From positions 96,001 to 160,000 of the forward strand of contig CAMTVK010000002.1 of the NCBI GenBank assembly GCA_947085185.1: a DNA stretch of 64,000 bases. Direction: 5' to 3'. The notes below the pieces were generated by a model, which had not been told where the DNA came from, did no database searches, and saw only the letters and a program-made list of their open reading frames with translations. The stretch's first letter is position 1. Each line of letters begins with the position of its first letter. The position numbers and the translations under genes are program-made. Positions 59,344 to 64,000 of this stretch are shown here, one piece after another. This stretch comes from Candidatus Fraserbacteria bacterium. Its GTDB lineage: Bacteria > Bipolaricaulota > Bipolaricaulia > RBG-16-55-9 > DRXL01.

Positions 59344-60012
59344 TCATAATGCTCCCAACTTCAGTTTGACATCTTCTAGGATCTTATTCAACTCCACCCT
59401 CGCTGCTATGCGCGTTTGGGGGTCGAAGAGACATTCGTCAGAATAGAGCAGACAGAAGCTCAGATGGGGTTTGCGCCCCGTGAGCGCAAAGCTTCCCGGC
59501 AGTTCCTTGCGCACCAGCGCCAAGACCCACCCAAACTCGCGCGCTTGGAGCTTGGCAAAATCGCTCGACAACAACGTCGAGAGGACTAAATTCAGCTCTT
59601 CCGGGTCAAGCTCACAGGTGCGCAGCCTCTCGATCACGGCTAAAAAAATCAGCTCGCGAAAACTAAACGGCCCCGACTCTTTTCTGATCGTCTCATAGTA
59701 TTCTAAGACTTCTGTGCTGAGCCAGCCTAAGCTTCTCATCTCGTCGCGCGTAAAGCGCCGATCCTTCAACTCCGGCGAGAGCAGCTGCGCGATCTCTTCT
59801 AAAGATCTTGTGTCTTTAAGCGCCTTGATCTTCTCGATGCGCTCCAAGATCTTCTGCTTGGGCAAAAACGTCTCTTGCCCGGTGAACGTGGACTTCCGGA
59901 TAAACCACGATTCGGGAATCAAGCCCTCGCGCTTCCACCGATAGAACTGCCCATAAGAGATTCCCGTTAGCTCGAGGACTTCCTTCTTGCTGATCAGCTC
60001 TTCTTCACTCAT
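59344..60012 (-). CDS. YhbD/DUF4004 family MerR-like HTH regulator
   Basis: LISKKEVLELTGISYGQFYRWKREGLIPESWFIRKSTFTGQETF. Confidence 0.88.
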   Translation of the reverse strand: MSEEELISKKEVLELTGISYGQFYRWKREGLIPESWFIRKSTFTGQETFLPKQKILERIEKIKALKDTRSLEEIAQLLSPELKDRRFTRDEMRSLGWLSTEVLEYYETIRKESGPFSFRELIFLAVIERLRTCELDPEELNLVLSTLLSSDFAKLQAREFGWVLALVRKELPGSFALTGRKPHLSFCLLYSDECLFDPQTRIAARVELNKILEDVKLKLGAL

Positions 60013-60022
60013 GGCTGCGATC

Positions 60023-60054
60023 AGTATAACATAACACTGTTTTTTTTTACACAA
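60023..60054 (-). promoter_or_regulatory. Promoter with operator copy 1 (TAACATAACACTGTT)
   Basis: TATACT -10 box; the 15-bp motif at 60027-60041 is identical to 60309-60323. Confidence 0.65.
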
Positions 60055-60064
60055 GCCAAGAGAT

Positions 60065-60274
60065 CTAGAGCTTCCAGCTGAGTCGGCCGTTGATACCGAA
60101 GGTTCGAAGCGCCAAAGCGAGAAACTGCGCCCACGAAGCCCACCCGATAGGTGAGGCTCTCTCCTGCAATTGAGCTTCGTTCAGGCGTCTTCTCACTCCC
60201 TCTTCGCGCCAGGAACGATCGTGCATCTCTTTCGCCGCCATCCCGATCTGAAGCTCATCCAAGATATTGAACAT
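60065..60274 (-). CDS. Small hypothetical protein (69 aa)
   Basis: SD AGGAGG, directly downstream of a consensus promoter. Confidence 0.65.
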   Translation of the reverse strand: MFNILDELQIGMAAKEMHDRSWREEGVRRRLNEAQLQERASPIGWASWAQFLALALRTFGINGRLSWKL

Positions 60275-60304
60275 TACCGGCCTCCTTCTGGCTTTGATGG
60301 CGCC

Positions 60305-60334
60305 ATTGTAACATAACACTGTTACGTTTGTCAA
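60305..60334 (-). promoter_or_regulatory. Promoter TTGACA-18-TACAAT containing operator GTAACA-N6-TGTTAC
   Basis: The inverted repeat at 60308-60325 lies in the spacer and overlaps the -10 box. Confidence 0.75.
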
Positions 60335-60349
60335 GGGGGCGAGCCAAGA

Positions 60350-60616
60350 TCAGCAATGATAGTTACTTTTGAGCATGCGCCCGCGCCTCCTCCAGCCGAG
60401 CCTCACCAAGTCGCTCAGGGCGATATCGTACTCTGCAGCAAGCTCTTGGACTGTCGAAGGGGGCAAGCCCGCCCGCTGCAGCGCGCGCCGATAGCGCCGC
60501 ACTGCCCAGAATTTGCTCCACCAGAGCGTCATTGCCAGCCATCCCAGCTTCAACACTAAGCTCTCCAGCGCCCATACGCCCACGAGGATCGCTCGTATCC
60601 AGCGCCAGACCATCAT
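60350..60616 (-). CDS. Small hypothetical membrane-associated protein (88 aa)
   Basis: ATGA coupling with the upstream gene; RRALQRAGLP..ELAAEY. Confidence 0.65.
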   Translation of the reverse strand: MMVWRWIRAILVGVWALESLVLKLGWLAMTLWWSKFWAVRRYRRALQRAGLPPSTVQELAAEYDIALSDLVRLGWRRRGRMLKSNYHC

Positions 60617-60900
60617 GGTTCCCTCTCTCTTTCGAGGTCTTTCTCCCCAAGCTTGAAGCTTGGCTTGGCCAGATCTTTGAGACTGATCATATAGTTCTTG
60701 GCCATCTCCATGGCTTGCTCTTGAGGGATGCCCTGTTTGATCAGCTCGCTGTAGAACGCCCCAACGGCCTTGCCAAACTGCTCCCCGGCCTCTGCGGAGT
60801 AGACCACGTCTCGCAGCCCCTTGAGGAGCGCTGGGAGCTTGTCGGCGATCTTGTCCAGCAGCTGGGCCACCTCTTCGGGACCCCAGTCTTCCTTGCTCAT
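60613..60900 (-). CDS. Small helical hypothetical protein (95 aa)
   Basis: SD upstream; YSAEAG..GKAVGAFYSEL...GIP..AMEM. Confidence 0.7.
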   Translation of the reverse strand: MSKEDWGPEEVAQLLDKIADKLPALLKGLRDVVYSAEAGEQFGKAVGAFYSELIKQGIPQEQAMEMAKNYMISLKDLAKPSFKLGEKDLEREREP

Positions 60901-60906
60901 CGCTGT

Positions 60907-61281
60907 TCACCCCTTTCTGCGCTTCAGTTCCCAACCGGCGATGTCAATCTCCGGCTCGAGCTTCACTCGTCCGCGCTCGTAGAGCACTCCGAGCGAAAAC
61001 CCCAGCGCAAAGATCTGCCAGCTCAGCTGGGCTATCGTATGTCGTTCCTCGGAGCGAATCCGTTCAACCGTCCGAGCGAAAAGTTCTTCTGACGGCTCTG
61101 GAACGCTCTCAACACCTAGAGCGATCAGTTCTTTTATCTGCTGAATCTCTTGGAGCTCGCGCTGGCATCGCTCACACTGAGCGAGATGCGCCTCGACTTT
61201 GGCGCGCTCTTCTTCTGTCAGCGTGTCGTTGGCATACCAGGGCAGAAGCTCTTTTAGCTCTTGAGCACATCGAAATCTCAT
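60907..61281 (-). CDS. Zinc-finger (zf-HC2/ZAS) anti-sigma factor
   Basis: C...ELLPWY...HLAQCERC, immediately after an ECF sigma gene. Confidence 0.88.
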   Translation of the reverse strand: MRFRCAQELKELLPWYANDTLTEEERAKVEAHLAQCERCQRELQEIQQIKELIALGVESVPEPSEELFARTVERIRSEERHTIAQLSWQIFALGFSLGVLYERGRVKLEPEIDIAGWELKRRKG

Positions 61282-61287
61282 AGAGTC

Positions 61288-61827
61288 TCACCCGCCCTCG
61301 CTTAGGAGCTTTTTGAGCTGCTCTTTCGCGTAATAGACGCGGCTCTTCACCGTACCCTCCGGACAGTTCAGGATCTGCGCGATCTTTGCGTACGAGAGAT
61401 CGTGATAAAAAGCGAGCATCATCACTTCGCGGTGCTCCGGAGAGAGTCTTTCCAAAGCGGCTCGCACGCGCTCGATCTGCGTCTGGCGCTGTGTGATCTG
61501 CTCCGGTGTCGCGCGCGCTGATGCTCGTCGGTCAAGCTTTTCTCGCAAAGACTCTGGCTCGCGCTGGCGCCCCCGCACACGATCTAACGCTTTATTTCTC
61601 GCAATCCCCAAGATCCAACTCGAGACTTGGCTTTGCTCTCTATAATTCTTTGCGCCCTTCCACACGGCGATCATCGTCTCCTGGACAACTTCTTCAGCAT
61701 GGGATGGATCATTGAGATACCCAAGAGCGAAGCGAAATATTCTCGGCGCGTAGCAGCGAAAGAGCTTCTCAAACGCGCCTGCGTCGCCTTGAGCGATCTG
61801 GCGAACCCACGCGATCTCATCAGGCAT
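61288..61827 (-). CDS. ECF RNA polymerase sigma factor
   Basis: AEEVVQET, SWILGIARN, LSYAKIAQIL and GTVKSR. Confidence 0.93.
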   Translation of the reverse strand: MPDEIAWVRQIAQGDAGAFEKLFRCYAPRIFRFALGYLNDPSHAEEVVQETMIAVWKGAKNYREQSQVSSWILGIARNKALDRVRGRQREPESLREKLDRRASARATPEQITQRQTQIERVRAALERLSPEHREVMMLAFYHDLSYAKIAQILNCPEGTVKSRVYYAKEQLKKLLSEGG

Positions 61828-61893
61828 CCGTATGCTCCACCTGTGATTCTAGCACCGGTGAGTCGCCGCAGGGAAGCTGGAGGTTCAAGCCCA

Positions 61894-63183
61894 CTATTGT
61901 GGGGATGAACTCATAAGCTGCGCTTTGAGGGCAGCCAGCTCTGCTTGTCGTGCATAATCTATAGCTTCGCCCAAGAGGCGCGCGGCCTCTTGTGGGCTGT
62001 GGAAGCCCATGCTGTTCTCAGCGGAGATGAAGTCCCACCGCAGCTGTGCTTTTCGGTGCATAAGGCGTGCCTCTTGCAGGGCTGCATCGCTTGCGCCGGC
62101 TTCTTTGGCGGCCTTGATCGCATCGATCGCTGCAATGATGGCCAATTCGGCGCGCACCAGAAGAGCATGCGTGCGATCTTGGATGCGCTCCACGCGCTCG
62201 CGCAGCTCTTGCTCGGAAGCTCGATGGCATGTCATGCACGACCCCGCGATGTTGACAAGCGGGCTGCGCACCCAGTGATCGCTAATCTTGATGGCTCCCT
62301 CACGCTTGTAGGGCATATGGCAATCGGCGCACGAGACACCTGCTTGGTAGTGGATCCCCGTCGTAAACAGCTCAAATTCGGGGTGCTGCATCTTGAGCAA
62401 CGGTGCGCCCGTCTCAGCGTGGGTGAAATCCTTGAACCCATATTCGTCATAGAATCTCTCGATGTCATCTAGGGTCCAGCCCTTGTCCCAGGGGAAGACG
62501 AGATACTTGCCCTCGCCTCGAAAGTAATACTCAACGTGGCATTGCGCGCACACATACGTCCGCATCTCTTGGCGGGTTGCCTGGGAGATATCTACCCCGC
62601 GACGTTGCAGCGCCTCAAGGAGCGCCGGACGCGAGATTCTCAGATTCATAGTTGTGGCATCATGGCAGTCTACACATGAGATGCCGTGCTGCGCTTTGGC
62701 GGCCCACTCAGCGAAAGGCGTCGCATAGAACTGCGCTGGGGAGCCGGCTTCTTCGAGAAAACCCGGCACATTCCCGCTCTTGCAGGTCATACAGGTGCCC
62801 GCTTTGGGCTGGCGCTGGGTCTCTTTCACATCGACAAGAGACCAGGCATGGCCGCGTTCCTCTTTGTAATCGACCGAGAAGGGATTTCCGGCAAAGAGCC
62901 GGTTTAGCCTGGGGTTCTCCTCAACTTTTTGGTACGGCACCGAGCCTCCGTACTTCGTGCGTTCGTTTGACTCGCGGGTTCTTAAGTAGCCTGCGTACTG
63001 GCGCGGCCAATTCTGCCCCCAGACGGCCGGATCGGGCTCGTTTTTGGCAATCTCTAGAAGACGTCGTGAGGCCTCCTCGGCTTCGCGCTTGCGCTCCATA
63101 ATATTCACCAGGAGCGCCGTCACCCCGGCAGTCACGCCCACCACCATCAGAAAGAGCACGCTCCACAGCACGATGCGCTTCAT
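61894..63183 (-). CDS. nrfA: Ammonia-forming cytochrome c nitrite reductase catalytic subunit
   Basis: CMTCK (Lys-ligated heme) plus CVDCH, CAQCH, CADCH and CMTCH; KMQHPE; ENSMGFH. Confidence 0.95.
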   Translation of the reverse strand: MKRIVLWSVLFLMVVGVTAGVTALLVNIMERKREAEEASRRLLEIAKNEPDPAVWGQNWPRQYAGYLRTRESNERTKYGGSVPYQKVEENPRLNRLFAGNPFSVDYKEERGHAWSLVDVKETQRQPKAGTCMTCKSGNVPGFLEEAGSPAQFYATPFAEWAAKAQHGISCVDCHDATTMNLRISRPALLEALQRRGVDISQATRQEMRTYVCAQCHVEYYFRGEGKYLVFPWDKGWTLDDIERFYDEYGFKDFTHAETGAPLLKMQHPEFELFTTGIHYQAGVSCADCHMPYKREGAIKISDHWVRSPLVNIAGSCMTCHRASEQELRERVERIQDRTHALLVRAELAIIAAIDAIKAAKEAGASDAALQEARLMHRKAQLRWDFISAENSMGFHSPQEAARLLGEAIDYARQAELAALKAQLMSSSPQ

Positions 63184-63234
63184 GATGACCTCCTCACAGT
63201 GCTTGAACTTTCAGCTTGGAACTGCAAACTGCTC

Positions 63235-63684
63235 TCACGGCCCATGACCCACCCCACGGTGGCACTCAAAGCAATATCTCTCAAAGTTCCCCTGATGGAC
63301 GATCTCGCTGACGAGGACCTTATGGCAATCTATACAGTTTTCTTGGAGGATCTGACGATTGAACGCTGTTATACGGATCGGTTCAGGGAAATTTTGCAGC
63401 GTGAACGCAACGCTATGCCGGAAGCCATTGTGTGCCTTAGAGATCCATTTGCCCAACGGATCGTGAGAGACATGGCAGGCATTGCAGGTGGCGACAGCCT
63501 GATGGCTGGAGCGTGACCAGCTGATATAGACATCGTTCATGATATGGCAATTGACGCAAGCGCGGGGATCATCGGAAAAGTAAGAACCTCCGCGGGCATA
63601 GAGAAACGTAAATATCCCGATGCCCAGCGCTATGGCGAGCGCAGCAAAGACCGCAAGTTTCGGCAAGAACCAAGCTCGCATCAT
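63235..63684 (-). CDS. nrfH: Cytochrome c nitrite reductase small subunit (tetraheme quinol dehydrogenase)
   Basis: TM helix, CVNCHIM, CNACH, CIDCH and CFECH. Confidence 0.93.
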   Translation of the reverse strand: MMRAWFLPKLAVFAALAIALGIGIFTFLYARGGSYFSDDPRACVNCHIMNDVYISWSRSSHQAVATCNACHVSHDPLGKWISKAHNGFRHSVAFTLQNFPEPIRITAFNRQILQENCIDCHKVLVSEIVHQGNFERYCFECHRGVGHGP

Positions 63685-63718
63685 GCTATATATTCTGCCG
63701 GTGCATTGCCGGCCCGTC

Positions 63719-63736
63719 CCATGACGGACGTCATGG
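63719..63736. promoter_or_regulatory. Palindrome CCATGAC-N4-GTCATGG upstream of nrfH
   Basis: 7-bp inverted repeat centred about 43 nt before the nrfH start. Confidence 0.45.
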
Positions 63737-63814
63737 TTTTTGATGACTTCTGTCGGGGGCATTCTAGCGGGTCTCGAAAGATAGGGCAAATTGGGCAGCA
63801 GGCGAGCAGGACGC

Positions 63815-63843
63815 TTGACGGACGGAATCTGGTGGGCTACACT
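63815..63843 (+). promoter_or_regulatory. tRNA promoter
   Basis: TTGACG-17-TACACT. Confidence 0.7.
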
Positions 63844-63851
63844 TAGGGCGT

Positions 63852-63927
63852 GCGCCCGTAGCTCAATGGGAAGAGCAGCGGCCTTCGGAGCCGCGGGTTG
63901 GGGGTTCAAGTCCCTCCGGGCGCGCCA
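63852..63927 (+). tRNA. tRNA-Arg (anticodon UCG)
   Basis: Acceptor stem GCGCCCG/CGGGCGC, D stem GCTC/GAGC, anticodon arm GCGGC-CTTCGGA-GCCGC, TTCAA T-loop and encoded CCA. Confidence 0.95.
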
Positions 63928-64000
63928 CCAGGCTTTGCCTGGACCGTACATCGTGCCGCCGAAGGCGGCACGGCGAATAGTCCAGACGGAGTCTGGCCTG

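Noticed and set aside
63685..63951. N-terminal extension of the nrfH ORF
   Set aside because: It runs antisense through the tRNA-Arg gene; NrfH begins at 63684 or 63681.

Overview
A gene-dense, GC-rich bacterial chromosome segment. I found no CRISPR array, rRNA, integrase, transposase or prophage. All family assignments come from reading motifs by eye; no searches were run. Housekeeping genes: rtcB (partial), glyQS, tgt, tatC, efp, nusB, mraY, rnpA, greA, lysS and tRNA-Arg(UCG). Accessory modules: a peptide ABC transporter, a queuosine-salvage pair, a cobalamin uptake/adenosylation operon, a TetR-MMPL export operon, a stress/proteostasis cluster (baeRF, ClpG-like, ClpP-fold peptidase, LonC, PDO), an ECF sigma/anti-sigma pair plus a YhbD-bactofilin-MFS operon, and nrfHA. 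Several proteins look archaeal or thermophile-like, which fits a deep-branching thermophilic bacterium such as Ca. Bipolaricaulota; this is inference only. The most unusual signals are: (1) a phage tail-sheath-like domain of about 105 aa inserted in the DppA-type binding protein; (2) a candidate sRNA of about 95 nt with its own promoter and terminator and two anti-Shine-Dalgarno motifs; (3) QNG1 next to a TGT with a queuine-type GGSVG pocket; (4) EF-P with Gln at the normally modified Lys/Arg tip; (5) a ClpG-centred protease operon led by a release-factor homolog lacking GGQ; (6) a duplicated operator defining a YhbD/bactofilin regulon; (7) a stand-alone MuF-like protein; (8) two gene-relic scars; (9) widespread leaderless-type starts.
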